In this document: positions 51,101-64,000 of the stretch, piece after piece | Layout: every line of letters starts with the position of its first letter | Position numbering within the stretch: position 1 is the first letter of the stretch | NCBI GenBank assembly: GCA_000934665.2 | Contig: JYFJ02000564.1 | Span: 1-64,000, forward strand | Direction: 5' to 3' | Source: Catajapyx aquilonaris | Taxonomy: Eukaryota | Length of the DNA stretch: 64,000 bases | Notes under the pieces: model-generated | What the model was told of the DNA's origin: nothing | The model's input: only the letters and a program-made list of their open reading frames with translations | The model's database searches: none | Program-made: the position numbers and the translations under genes

Positions 51101-54100
51101 TATTGGGAAAATACATAAGCTGTGGATATGGTCGTGATTGTGGGATGTATGTGCATTTCGTAATTAGGGTTTACCTGTAAAATTATATAGTACAGAAGCA
51201 TGAAACTTAAAGCAAAGTAACGTAAGGAGGCAGTTTCATGAACATTTTATTGTTTGAAAATTATTTGTATCGGCTTTCTGTTCCCGTTTTGCTAATAGTG
51301 ACAGTGTACTGCACCATAATTATTCAAGTGAAATAATACCGGTAGAGAGTATAGTGGTAGAGTAAATTGCCAGAAAACTCGCAATGTGTAATTTCCTACT
51401 CGTGCCAGTAACATATTAGAGCGGTTTTTTTGGAGGATTTTTTTTTTCTTAAAGAAAAGAGCTCCTTTGTTTCTGATATTGGCTCGTGCCCTGGTATCCA
51501 ATTAGTTATTATCGATTCCCTTTGGATAGCTTCTGGAGACTCGTGGAGCGATCTCGAAGAAGAATTTGTTCGGCAATACGAGCCCGTGAAGAGAATAGCT
51601 GCCAAGGCAGTTTCCAGAAATCCTAGCATCGTCCGATTATCAGCTAACACCGTACAAGTTAGGGCAGTGATCCACCCTGTGCCATCTCGTCCTTCATGTG
51701 GAAGCAGCCACGAAGAAGAGTGTTCTGACTTCTCGGCCCCAGTGCGGCCAGAAAGGCGCAAGAAGGTGGACCGCAAGCTTTACGTGGGAGTCAAGAGAGA
51801 AGTGACCAGAAGAAGAATTTTGCCTAGAAGATGTAGTGGACTTAGGAGAAAACAAACGCGGAGTTTCAGATCTCGACGAACCGAGAGTAAGCAGTCGGAA
51901 GTGCCCACCGAACCCCACGAATTTCCATCAGATGTCAACCTGGGTTTCATATATGTTCCGTTTGAAAGTCCGTTGTCTGTGGAGGGCGAAGACACTAATT
52001 CGTTAAGCAGTCTGGAATCGTTTATATTCGAGCCGAGGACAGACCACCGACACGGAGAAAGTGCTGACGTTTCATCGCCACTGGACAGCTTGAATGATGC
52101 AACGCAGAGTGAATACCAGGACGAGGTCCAGCCTGACTTTGTGACCGCTTTTGCTCAAGAATATCGACAGAGCATTCGCCGACAACAGCAGGAAGCGACT
52201 AAAGGGACACTGGACGACAGTGGTGTATTGATGTCACCTTCGGTGGTGGATTCTTCCGAATGCATAGAAACATTGTACGATTTTTTGGGTAAGTCGTCGG
52301 AAGGAACTGTGGTGAGGCCCACCAGTTGGATGTATGTAAAAGGAGATGGATCTCCTGTTGTGAGTGTGCCTTTGGTGCCAATAACCAGCGCAAGCGGCAG
52401 TGCTGCAGTGACAACGAATAAAAACACCGCTTCAGAAAGAGTGTCTTCGGAATCAGACACTGCTGCTGGCGATGGGAGTGGACAAGAGAAGGATGCCAAG
52501 CCGTTATCAACCGAGACAAAAATATCAAGAGCAAAGGCCATTCCCTTGTTTGGGCCGGAGAAAAACGAACAAATGATTCGTGAGCTGAAGATGAAACTGC
52601 GACAGAGGTTTCAAGATGACCAACCAGAGAGCCCATCAGTTGAAAAGAAGATTCTGGTCAAATGCGAATCTGGGACATCAATTGCATCGCGAAGGGAACT
52701 GCTGACCAAAATGTTGGGAAGAAACCCAGCAAGCCAACCACCTTATTTACCGCCTCCGCCATCACCACCACAACCACCGCAGGCGCCTGAACCAGAAATT
52801 CTAGCAGAAATAGATGCCACCAACAGATCGGAATCGCCAGTGGTGACGGCGGCAGTGCCTCAGCAACAACCTGCAACTACTTTCACGACCGTCGAAGAAG
52901 ATCAAAGCTTGTCGACATTGACGGTGCCAACGCCGGATTATTCACTTGACCGACGCTCTCAAGACTCACCGGAATGTTCACTTGGCACGGTCAACGTGGC
53001 GGAATATGATCGTGTGGACATTTGGACGGAGCCTCATTACGCCAATTACTGCTGTGGATGGGCCTCAACTTGCCACCAATTGTGCCGAAATTGTCGCAAG
53101 CAGATGTGCGTTTATGAGAACCTAATGAACAATAACGCCGAGTGGTTCTGTCCCTGCTGTCCAGACCAGCTGACCCGCCGTAACGCGATCAATTCCTGGA
53201 GTGACATGGAGAGCTTAATTTTTGCTGACGAGGCTCGGGTTATGTCCGCTTCCGAAGACCTCATCAAGACCGGGTGTGGGCTGCCTGCTACCAGAATGGC
53301 ACCGTACCGTGATGATTGGTTGTTCTGGGAGCAGGTGTCAAAGAAAAAGAATTCGCACATGCCAGAGGAGCAGTTGCAATGGAAAGAAGACAAGACTAGG
53401 AGGATGCTTCTGTGGATCTTCCAGGGTCAAGGAGGGACGTATGGTCTCTACGATTTTCCTTGGTGGAAGGTAGGAACTTCTTGCACTATTTAAAAAATCA
53501 CGCGTATGAAACAAATAAGGGTAGGTTGTAAAATTGTTGCGGGATATCTGATCACACGCCATGAATCACTTGTGGTTCGCAACACTCAGCGAGCAATTTC
53601 TCCTTGGGAATGCGTGCGAGGTGACTCTGACGGCCTAATGGAAATCATATGTGACACATATTTGCGGGGAGGGGGGGCTACTATAGTTAATTAGAATTTA
53701 TGGGGTACTTCGACCATCAGGATGCCTGCGGGACGGGAGGAGCAATGACACATGCGATCATGCAAGTAATATCGAAGCCCGTTTATGCCAAGTAATGAAC
53801 TGCATTGACCTGGAAAAGAAAGGTGTTACTAAGGCGTGCACTGTTCCAGGTTAATATCAGGCCTCTTTCTTTACACTCCCTCCTTTGTTCATTATTTTTA
53901 CTGCCACGCTAACACGTCAACGTTGTCACCAAATATTGACAAGTTCAGCCGTGAAGGAGAAGTTGTGCATTTTTAACTTCCTGAAGGACAATATTATTCT
54001 ACATTACCATGATGTGAGACAAAGTTGGGGAGAAAATGGAAAAACTGTCTTCATTCCGTACCGCTTGTGAAGTTTCAGTTGCCTCTAATATTTTGCGTGT

Positions 54101-57100
54101 AAATTCCCCTCATTACATACCGCATTCACTTATTCGAGAGGAAATGATATTGACACACCACACACGTAGCCCGGCGGGGTTGTTGTCCTTCCTCTCGCAA
54201 ATACTGTCATCATGCCAATGAAGAGTACTGGAGTTTGTTAGCAAAGGTGGAGTAACGGGCAGGGTCCATGCCCGCATTCAAGTCTCCGGGCACCAACAAG
54301 TTTCATGAGCAGCAGTTGGGCGACCATGATTCTGCTGCTTCCAAAGTTTCTCGAGATCTGTTGCGGCTGGACGCTCACTTCCTCGTAATTACATCATAGT
54401 ACAGTATGTACACCAGGTGCAGAGCGACTGAGCAGTTCACCTGAGGGATTTTTCAGACCATATGCTAGCATTGCTTGAGGGACTAATGAAATACGGGATG
54501 TATAGGTTCTGCAGGCCTGGAATTCGAGGACTCGGTGGCTCCAGCAATGCAGCGGTTTGTTTGATTAGCGCAAAATAGAGAGATGGGTTGGAATAAGTGC
54601 ATTGGTTTGCATTTGCATACAGTTAGGTGGTGATAATGACCCTGCGTAGTTCCACTTGGTCTGGCAGATTTTTTTTATTGGCCCCGCGGCACGTGGGTTT
54701 GCCCTACTTGAAACCCTTGCGGACGATTACATTTTTATACGCCTTCACGCTTGTTGGTTTGTCTGGTTTTTCAGCACAGCCAGATATTATGACTGCATAC
54801 GATGTTGGTTGTACGTTCAAATTTACTTACATGCATTTTAAATGCGAATAGTGTTGGGTCGTATACAGATTTCGAACCCCATAGAACGGTGCAAATATGT
54901 GGAAGCACTAACAATAATTTGCATAGTATTGTTGCAACAGTCAATAATTTATTATAATGTGCTATTGTGCCTCTGATTCGGTTCAAATCCAGTTTGAATA
55001 GGTAACAGTACCTGCTGTGCGGGGGGTGCTTTATAGTCAGTACGTTTGAGTTTTGCTACATCCTGTTCTTAATGCGCATGAACTTAGCTTATTATTCGGT
55101 TGCACGAGGGATTTATTTGTTGGCTTTAATTAATTCCGGTGTCAGAGACTCAATAAGGGGGTCCAGCGCATAGGTCAAAATTTGCACAATATTGATCTGA
55201 AAGGCTATTATTTGGCATTAGTAAGTGGCCTCGTTACGGGTGTACTGTCCCATTAGGATGAGGAAGGGATTGATTACTGCTTCTTGTGTAAGGTTAATTG
55301 AGCTAATCGAGATGGATGACACGTGGGACCAATCAAGTGCGGCATACACTACTTCGCAGGAAGTGAGCATGACAGGTATTTCCAGGTCATTTGGTAGGGA
55401 CTCACTTCTGGGTGAGAACTGCGGAAGTCGAAGTCTAAGCATGCACTACGAATGCTGAACCGCAAAAGTTAATATTATTAGCGGAATGAGGAAATGACTG
55501 ATAAATGTTTACGGTACATGTTTGTCTTCATTGTCTTCTGCATGGGATTGCTGCAGGAATGGCGAGCTAATTAGATTATCATCGTGGCATTTTGATATGC
55601 ATCCATCCAGATATTAGCTTACAGGTTGGGAGATGGGAGAGTTGAGGAATTGGCCAAAAGATGGCGCGAGCTCGTGTGTTGTGTTTTGGCCTGCTCGGGT
55701 GTCAGTCATGCGTTCAATTCTCCAACCTTGACTGCGAAATCGGACATTTTATACCGATACAATAATCGATTCAAGCCTACCTTGTTCATCCGTAACTCAG
55801 CACAGTGGTGACTGAATATTTTCAGGCAGATTGAGTGACATCACTGCATGTCTGTTATGCGATTTTCTGAGGGGGGGGGGGGGGTAGCCAGTTGCATTTC
55901 ATGAAACTGTTGGTTTCTGGCTGATTCTGCTGAAACCGTCTTCAGGTGTTTTCCGGTCGGTTTCGGATGGTTTCTGCATGAAAGTGGACATCAGTTTCAC
56001 GAAGTGGCTGCTACCCATGATTTTCTGGTTAATTTGACTCATTGTGCGGTTTGTGGCGCGAAAGAATGGGTGACTCGTCAGAGTGACGTTGAGAAAGGTT
56101 ATGGTCAATAACCAGCACTTGCACGTCGAAGTACATTCGTGTGGACGAATTTCCCAACAGGCTTTCTAAAGGAGGAAGTTCCGGAGGGGACTGGAATTCC
56201 AAGCCGCTTATTCTTCCTCCACTTTTTTTTTGCGTTCCGAATTCTTTTACCTTTTTTTCATCATTTTTTACACTGTCCGTTACGTTGCTAAAATTGCAGG
56301 AGTCGTGAAAGTGTAGCGAGGTTGTGATTAGTTTCTCTTCAATTTTGTTTGTGTCGTCACGTGAATAGACATGCTCAATGGCTTCTGGGACTGTATGGTA
56401 TGCAACTATTATGCAATTAGTAAGAAGTAACCACTGATATATACTGGGAATGAGTGCAAAGTCCAAGGGGAAAGTTGAGGACTTTTATTGTCAGCCTGTC
56501 GCCTTGGCCAGTCGCGAAGGCTTGATTTCCATGTAAGGGGTCCAGAGCGTGCGTAATTTTGTAGTACACACGAGTAGATTTTGGGCAAGTCAGGGGCAGA
56601 GGGTGTGGGTGACGACCTCGGTTGGAATGTATTGAAGGCTGCGAACATGTCCTCACCTATCTTCAATGGGACCATCTCTACTCAGGAGCTACCACAGGCC
56701 TTGATGCGCTGCCCTGTCGGGTTATGTAACTTCTTGCAGGCATCAAAGAGGCACATAACTCTGTGTGCAGCCCTGACGTCATCATGGTGTCATGCCTTAT
56801 ATGTGCGACCTACACCGTCCCAGGACTGGATAAACGGGTTGGGTCTGCATCCTGGAGGAATTCGGCACGTCACGGACAGATAATAGTCTAATTTGGGAAC
56901 ATGTCTGTTGGCAACAGATTTCGATGATTGCTCAATTGATTCGATTGCCTTTGATTATTTTGACTTGGAAATCGCATGAAAAGGCCTTGAGTTGCGCACA
57001 TTGGATGACTTTGACAGGAGATTCAGACCAAACTCTGTAGCGCCGAAATTATTTGCCATATTTATTTGTAATATTTATATTGACATATGTTTTAATTCTG

Positions 57101-60100
57101 TAATTTAATTGTGTATATTTAGTGTGTGTAACTATTTAAATATTGTAATTTTAATTTTCAAGAATAGTTTGTGTGATAGAGGGTGGGGAGGGTGTTACGC
57201 GATACCTCTAGTGACATACACACTTTGCATTATTTTGTAATCATGAGCCTGTTAGGCACTTGACGCCCACCTTCCATTCGACATTATGATTGCTATATGC
57301 TGAACAACTACATAGGGCTAGATTTAACAGCCCAGTGTTGTTTTGCAAATGGGCGGCGTTCACTGGAGAGGAAGTAATATCTACGGTGGTGACTCAAAGA
57401 CACGACATGAAGAGGCGAAGTGACTTCTTCGCCCCCCCCGCATTTTCCATCCCACCCCCTACACACCACCCTTTTTTTTCCTCTTCTATGCCACCACCTT
57501 GATGGTTTTTTTTCTTTCTTTTTTAAACCTCCTCTCTTCCATATGCTCATTTCGGGGCACACCTTCTCCTCGGTACTCACCTGGCCTCTTTACCTTTTCA
57601 TTGTGCGCTTCGAGGAGGCAGCTGCTGGTTGCACTGTTCGTTTATATTGGACTTTGGTGGAGTATATTTTGGGCGGATCCAAAGAATATTGTCGCGTGTG
57701 ATACTGAGGTGATGTGTGCTCATGTGCGGTGTTGTGCTCGATAGAGGGAAGGAAAAAAGCGACATGGTGCAGCTCTCGGGGTTCTTTAACATCAGGGAGA
57801 GGGAGGAACATGAAGTCAAAGAGGTGAGTTCTAATGGGAGCCTTTGACGTGGCGATTTGCGATTTTACGGGTGTAAAATTATGATGTCAACCGTAGCTGT
57901 GTTTTTGTGTGCGTGTGTTGGAAGGAAAGTGCGTGTAATTACGAGCTTGCACGCACCCAAACTGCTTAAGAATGAGAGTTTTATGCAAAAACGTATTTGA
58001 TACAAGCATGCGCAGTTGTCATTTGTATTGAGGATGTATTGAGGATTGAATCGCCGTCCACGCAACTGCAGCGTAGTGCGAGATAGAAGAATATGCACTG
58101 AAATATTAATAATTGCTATTAGCATTCTGCTCTTACCAGCTTGTTATTTTTAGCGTATACTCTAGTTTATTGCATGCAGAGATCAGCATACACAAGTCAC
58201 GAGATTACACCTTCCACGAAAAATGTCTGAAAGAATGAAAAGAGGGTGCATAAAAAAAATAAATGCCTTCGCCTCTGAAAGTGCGAAACCAGTTGGGAGC
58301 CTTTTGTAGGTTAATTCATTACAATAGTGACGCCCTCTTTATAGCATCTCCACCCCTCTGAATGCCAACCTTATAGCGACACACGCATTTCTGAAGGCCA
58401 TTACGGGGGCTGCAATTGTGCGATGAACAACAACAGTCGGCTTCTGGTCACCCACGCTTCAGATATTTGTGGTTGTCCATATTCTGGACATGCACGTAAC
58501 AATGGCTGTGTAGAGATTAGCCGCCATCCTTTTTCCCCGGCGAATTTTTACCCGGCAGAAAACCGTTACCGCTTTTTTAGATAATTAACTTTTTGAAGTT
58601 GAGCGTTTCGGCACGAAGCTACAGTTACACAGGTTATGTTTATGACGCACGTACGTGTACCTAAGTCATAACCCGTGAACAGAATGCTTTCGGGTCATTC
58701 ACGGAGCCCCTGATCCGTGACCTGGTTGACAGACTTCTCTGAATTGCAAATCGGGTGTCTGGGCACGTGTAACCATTAACGATGCGGGTCTTGGGAGCGT
58801 GTGCGAACACAGCAGAAGTAGCAAAACATCGGAGGTTGGTAGCACCTAGGCTAGAATGTGCCGGAGTCAATGATATGGATCCCCCACCCACCGTGTGATT
58901 TTTACGTGGTTCGGTGCTTCTTTTGAGGCCCCGCGACCCGTGACCCCGACCGACGGGGCGTTACAGGAGACAGGTGAAACAGTAGATTTTTGTCACCAGA
59001 AGACACGGTCTTTTGCTTTTCTGTCTGGGAGAAGGGAAGGGTCACGTCCCCAAAGGTGGATGAAACGAGACAAATTTTTGCTAACCTCACTTCCCGGGGC
59101 ATTAGTCCCGTGTTATAGCCCTATAGACTGCCGGTATAACACAGGATGTATTCAGTCGCTTGCAGTGACCGACGACTATTTTATGCAACATATAATATAG
59201 AACCGGTATGGGACGACTTATGTTACTAATATTCTACTTACTGTACATCCTCCAGAACGGCGACCTGGACTCGGTTAAGCGTGAAGCCTATACGTTTCTG
59301 ACATTTTAGCTCACCCTGTAAATGGTCCGTGACATTGCACAGCATTGTGTTGGCAACGTGATCCCAAGTGAGTCAAGTGCAGCTACCTGCCCCAATTTTT
59401 GAGAGGAAGCCCACTTTATGATCGAGCCACCCCGTTCTCTCTTCGTCTCCAAAAGAGTATCGTCGGTAGGGCCTCCATGTGGGCCATTCACCCTCGCACG
59501 GTCATCTGTGTTTTCATGCGACCTCCTTCGGTTGCATCACCAGTCGACCCCCTTTTTGTATATACCGCGCTTGCACACGTTTCGCGCCGATGGGAAGACT
59601 CTCGCAGGACTCACGTAGGGAAAGTCCTTGGCAGAGGCTGAGAGATCTTTGGTTGGGACGAAACATTCCGATGCATCCGAAATAACAGCATCCCTAAGGG
59701 GAGGCTACGCCCCTGCACCATGGAAAGCGTAAAATGGCTCAAAAATGGATATAAAAGGTGGGCAGCCAAGGCTAGGTGACGTCCCCAGGAGCTGCCCACA
59801 TACCACAAAAGGCCGGCCTTCGTGCTTGGAAGATGGCCTCCAATATACGGGATTTGATGGACAGCCGGCGTAATTACAGGACAGGCACACTGTCTATTGG
59901 GTCACGTGACCGGGGGAGATGACGTTGGGGTGGTCATATATTGTGGAGGTGTATACTTAATTTTCGGGGGAGTGACCCCGACCCACATCAGGGGGTGGAA
60001 TTTCGTGATTTGAGCTTTAACAAGAAGGTGCGAATTTGCTGAAATACTGCGTTTGCCGACGTGGGGGGTGATTAAGAGTAATGGAGTTTTTGACGCAGCA

Positions 60101-63100
60101 ATTATGGGCTTGTCTGTGTGCAACAAAAAGAGGGAATGGGGGGGGGNGGGGGGGGGATCCTAGATAGCTCACTTCACCCATGCTAGACGTTTCCCACATA
60201 AATGTCACGCTCCTTTCTTGAGATCTCGAGTGTGCAATGCCGTCATTAACGTGACTCTTTTCAGTAAGAGTGACTTCCAGGAACTACCGGATTATGTGCT
60301 CAGGAATTTCTAATCCGCTCATCTAGTGCTATTTTTGGACTAGAATTGCATTTTGAATCAGGAAGACACGGCGAAGTTGATCATATCGGTTATGCATAGT
60401 CATGTCGACCATGATGCAGACTAAAATAAGGAAATATTGAGGATATTGTGTTGAACGAACGGGGCCATGGCCATTAATCATGCCACGAAAGTATTTGTCC
60501 CAATTGGAGGAGGCAGTACACATTGTTTGATGTCCGATTTGTTCTTTCCTTTTTGTCCCAATACTCACGCATCCATGGCATTGTAAAGAGGGGGCGGGTC
60601 AAATAGATAGGCTATAGCATAATGATAGTGAGCTAGGAATATCGTATTTGGCTGGGATAGGCGGGGTCGAGTTTCCTGGGACGCGCAGGCTATTCGTTGC
60701 AAATTAACGAGTGGAGTAGTCTTAATTACATAGATCACGCGCTGTAGACTGGGGAGCATTTCCCCGTTTGTGTCCCACCCATCTACTACTTTTTCCGCCA
60801 TGCCCAAGAGGAAGTAGGTTGCCTGCCTCCTCCTTCCCGAGTTGGAGTCGCCCATTCCTTCTCGCTGATTTATGACCAATTGCGCATATCGACTTTTTTT
60901 TTTGTTTAATGGAATTTGGCACAAACAAGCTATTTCTCGAGATGCCAATGTCCTCTACCGAATAGTGACTTCCCGCTCCCCTTGGGACCTTTTTATCGGA
61001 CTCGTATCGTCGACCTCGCTTTGGAAACAATAAGGTACCGAAGAAGAAGAATTAGAAGAGAAAGAAACCAGTTGTGGTGGGAACTTGTTCTGGCTTCCAC
61101 CAATGCCGCCGATGTATTTAAACCTTTCCTGCTTCCCCACACACAAGCTCACTTAGCGTTTTTTTTATATATTCTCACTCTGTTCTTTTGCTGCCACAAT
61201 CCGACCATTTACTGTGGCAGATACACACGCCGTTATGGTGCTTGTCGGGGAATGGAAAAAAAAGGTCCGGAAGTTGGCCATGGTTCGGAATCAAACATGT
61301 GAAACCACGCTCTTTCTCACCCTAAATATTGTTCTCACATTCCATCATGTGTGGAGTATGCCGGGTTTTTTTTCTGTTTTTTGCGGCGTGCATTGTGTGA
61401 GGGCCACTGTACTAATTGATTACGTCTGAATTTCCAAAGTCTTGAATATAAAAAACGCCCACGCCCCACTACGTTAAAACAATGATTTCTAATTTTGGAT
61501 ATTTAATTCAGGCAATTAGGAAGAGAGAGTGGACCGGACTGGTTGAAACAATTCTATCTACAAAGTCATTGCGAAGTCACATCGGCGCACCTGCTGTGTA
61601 GTGGTCAAAATGTAGGCGGGTTTAGAAATAACAGGTGTAGGCGCGGCCTGACACTAGTTCACCCACACACACCTACACTATGTAATAGATATCCTTGAGA
61701 ATTTCACCACTGTCAATCGCACCCTGTAAGCAACGGACACTTGAGATTTCTCTCGGATGACAAGATAACGATGCTGCGCGCAACGGTGTAGTAGTACTGT
61801 AGTGCTAACACAACTAGTAAACAGTGGGACATTTTTCAGAAATAATGACTTCAATTGTAATGTGAGAGAAAGTTGCAGGACCTGACACGTATGATGAATA
61901 TGAATTTGCAGGAAGAAAGCTATTTTACGAATAGCTTCTTCTTGAAGAGGTTTCTGCAGGAGACATGGGCGATAGTCGGCGGAACAAATGGAAGAAGGCG
62001 GTTGCTGTTTGGAGTGAGGGACCAAGCGAAGAGTAGCAAACTTCTTCAAGCAGAAAGAATTATGGGGCATGGGTGGGTGGGTGGGGGTGAAGGGGGAGAT
62101 TTGGCTTTGTGCCCTTTATGTCAGTACGTTTGACATGTTGGGGTAGTACTTTACCGATGGGCCACATTTAAGATCTCTGTTGTTGTACCGCTGGGAATGT
62201 GTGACGCCCTTTTCTTCCCTCGTATGCAAGTACAGCACAATGTGTCCAGTTGTCTAGGAAAGTTAGAAAACCATACAGTCCAACGTGAATACGGTATTAA
62301 TGTGAAATCCGAAGGTATCCCATCACAATTGTCGCTCAAGAGTCACGTCAAGTTCAGGGATGAAACTCGAAACTTTTTCAAGTGTACGGGTTGTAACATT
62401 GCATCTCGAGAAACGCGCTAGGGGGCGTGGCTTATCAGATCACATGACGGGCCTGCTGCCAACGGAAATCGCGCTTTCGGTGGAAGGACCACGTCCCACG
62501 TGGTTACCAGGCTCGGCAGGCTGTCATTTGACACTTTGGGCCATTCCCTTCGCGAAAGTTTTTTGCCGTCTCCCAGAAAATATGACAAAAATACACAAGA
62601 GTGGGAATTGGGGACATATGTAGTTTGTGGTGCTCTTAAGCTTGACGTGTATGGAATATTTTTGCATAATTTGAATTGACAAATATTCAGAGGTCTCGTT
62701 TACACTGCCTTGTTAAGGTAGCCCTTTAAATAATATGGTAGTTATGGTTTGTGTCTACATTACAATAGGCTTACTAGCAGCAAAAGCTAATAATATTAGC
62801 TCTTGCTAGCAGTCATAATTAAACTAGATATTCTTATACTTCATACTGCAAGAGTTGACACACTGACAGACACATAACTAGTCTGTCATTACAGCACCAT
62901 ACGGATGTCTGTTCCTAGGAATTAGCCAAGTGAGAATAGTGGTGGATCTTTTCACAGAGGTGTTGAGCTTCAGAAAGAGAAAAATCACATAGATTAGATA
63001 TCCAGCAGTTTACAGCCATTGACTTACTAAAAAATCTGGTATGTGTTGTTCTAATGCACAATTTGTCTTTGAAAATTAGGATTCATGCTGAAAGGTGTGG

Positions 63101-63370
63101 GATGTGTGGGAAATGTGGTGATCTTTGTCCCATGGATGGTAAATTAACTGTAATGATAGGCATAATTGCAATGGAAATGTGGGAATGAAAGAAATTCAAG
63201 TGTAGGGAGAAGTAAGCCATTGCATGAATCACCCCAAAATGGAAGATGCTGATGATATCTTTTATTTATTGCAGGCTAAGCAACGTGCCTCCATAAAGTG
63301 GCTTCTCAGCAAAGCATACAACAATAAAGTTCCAGAGGAGCTGAGGGACCCATTTTACAAGGATCATGAA
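42123..63370 (+). CDS. Patronin: Patronin / CAMSAP microtubule minus-end protein, 5' part (exons 42123-42371 and 63275-63370; continues beyond the window)
   Basis: A phase-0 join gives ...PDSYDTHK-AKQRASIKWLLSKAYNNKVPEELRDPFYKDHE, matching the conserved CAMSAP/Patronin N-terminus (YD..xAK..A...W...KAY...P..L.DPFY); donors aag|gtgggt and gaa|gtgagt, acceptor ttattgcag. Confidence 0.88.
50596..53493 (+). CDS. Uncharacterised protein of about 687 aa nested in Patronin intron 1 (predicted exons 50596-50695 and 51530-53493)
   Basis: A 2-kb stop-free frame (51430-53493) with no ATG near its start but an acceptor ttccctttggatag at 51529; the upstream exon MKGVPVDEDLAAKRRPMSRKKMVHRLTSLDDRP-G|gtgggt has the matching phase 1. 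S/E/P-rich body and Cys/Trp-rich C-terminus; no family recognised. The first exon is less certain than the long exon. Confidence 0.75.
57764..57823 (+). CDS. Candidate alternative first coding exon of Patronin (MVQLSGFFNIREREEHEVKE)
   Basis: ATG in good context (gacATGg), 20 codons, consensus donor gag|gtgagt, phase 0 compatible with the exon at 63275. Confidence 0.5.
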
Positions 63371-64000
63371 GTGAGTTTTGTTGTAGCATTTAAGCTATAT
63401 TTATTTTCTTGTTCACTTTCTATTCAAGTTGAGCACAGTTTTGAAGGTAAAGAGTGATTTTAAAAGGGGTATTTTGGAGGGTTTGAAAATGTCAAATAAG
63501 TTGATATTTTCTGGCCAAATGAAGAATGTTTTACATTGTCTGAAATTTTTTATTATTTGAAGAGTGCTGATAGTGACTCCTGACATATTGTGTAAGGTAA
63601 TCTTTGTTGAAGGCAAGCTGGAAGCCTGCAGACCTACTTTTATATTTTCCAGAGAAAGGATCACAGTGCTATCTTGTGGAAGCAACAGAAACAGTTGTTC
63701 CGTTATTGCTGCTAATGTTACATGGATACAAAAGTAACTGCTCAAAAATTATACACTTACTTCTAAAAAGCACTACTGATAAGGACATTTTAATTGGATC
63801 ACCTGTGTATATTTCTTGAATTATACAATATATTGAAATGGCCTTAATGGCTAACAATATTTTGGTATGAAGTGGCTTATTTTTAAGCAGTTACTTTGGA
63901 ATAGTTACTTTTAGGTATTAGGATCTCAGAGGTTTTAAGTGATTACATTCAGTTCAATGGAAAACATGTCGTGAGGCCTGTTCATGGTCTCAGGAAGTCT

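Noticed and set aside
51430..51529. ORF-track start of the 687-aa ORF at 51430
   Set aside because: It starts at TTG within T-rich intron-like sequence ending in an AG acceptor at 51528-51529; more likely intron than coding.
60138..60156. Poly-G run with an N (also poly-C with N at 10367 and 11895) as a G-quadruplex or regulatory element
   Set aside because: An ambiguous base inside a homopolymer suggests a sequencing or assembly junction; run length is unreliable.

Overview
Eukaryotic (invertebrate, arthropod-like) genomic DNA; no prokaryotic operon, CRISPR array or rRNA is visible. Five conserved spliced genes can be rebuilt by hand with GT-AG introns and consistent phases: a tetraspanin (+, 12840-16933), an ankyrin-repeat/SOCS-box protein (-, 19457-23108) head-to-head with STAM (+, 24993-30615), NMD3 (+, 32946-40931) and the 5' end of Patronin/CAMSAP (+, 42123 to beyond 63370). 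The 20.9-kb first Patronin intron holds a same-strand nested orphan gene (about 687 aa, 50596-53493) and several candidate alternative first exons. The first 12 kb is repeat-dense: nested MITEs, a SINE-like element, a foldback element and a badly decayed minus-strand Ty3/Gypsy LTR retrotransposon (about 3626-10325) that seems to carry a TARG1-like macrodomain remnant between RNase H and integrase. Introns contain several well-defined MITEs and a candidate H/ACA snoRNA. All homology calls are motif recognition by eye, with no database search.
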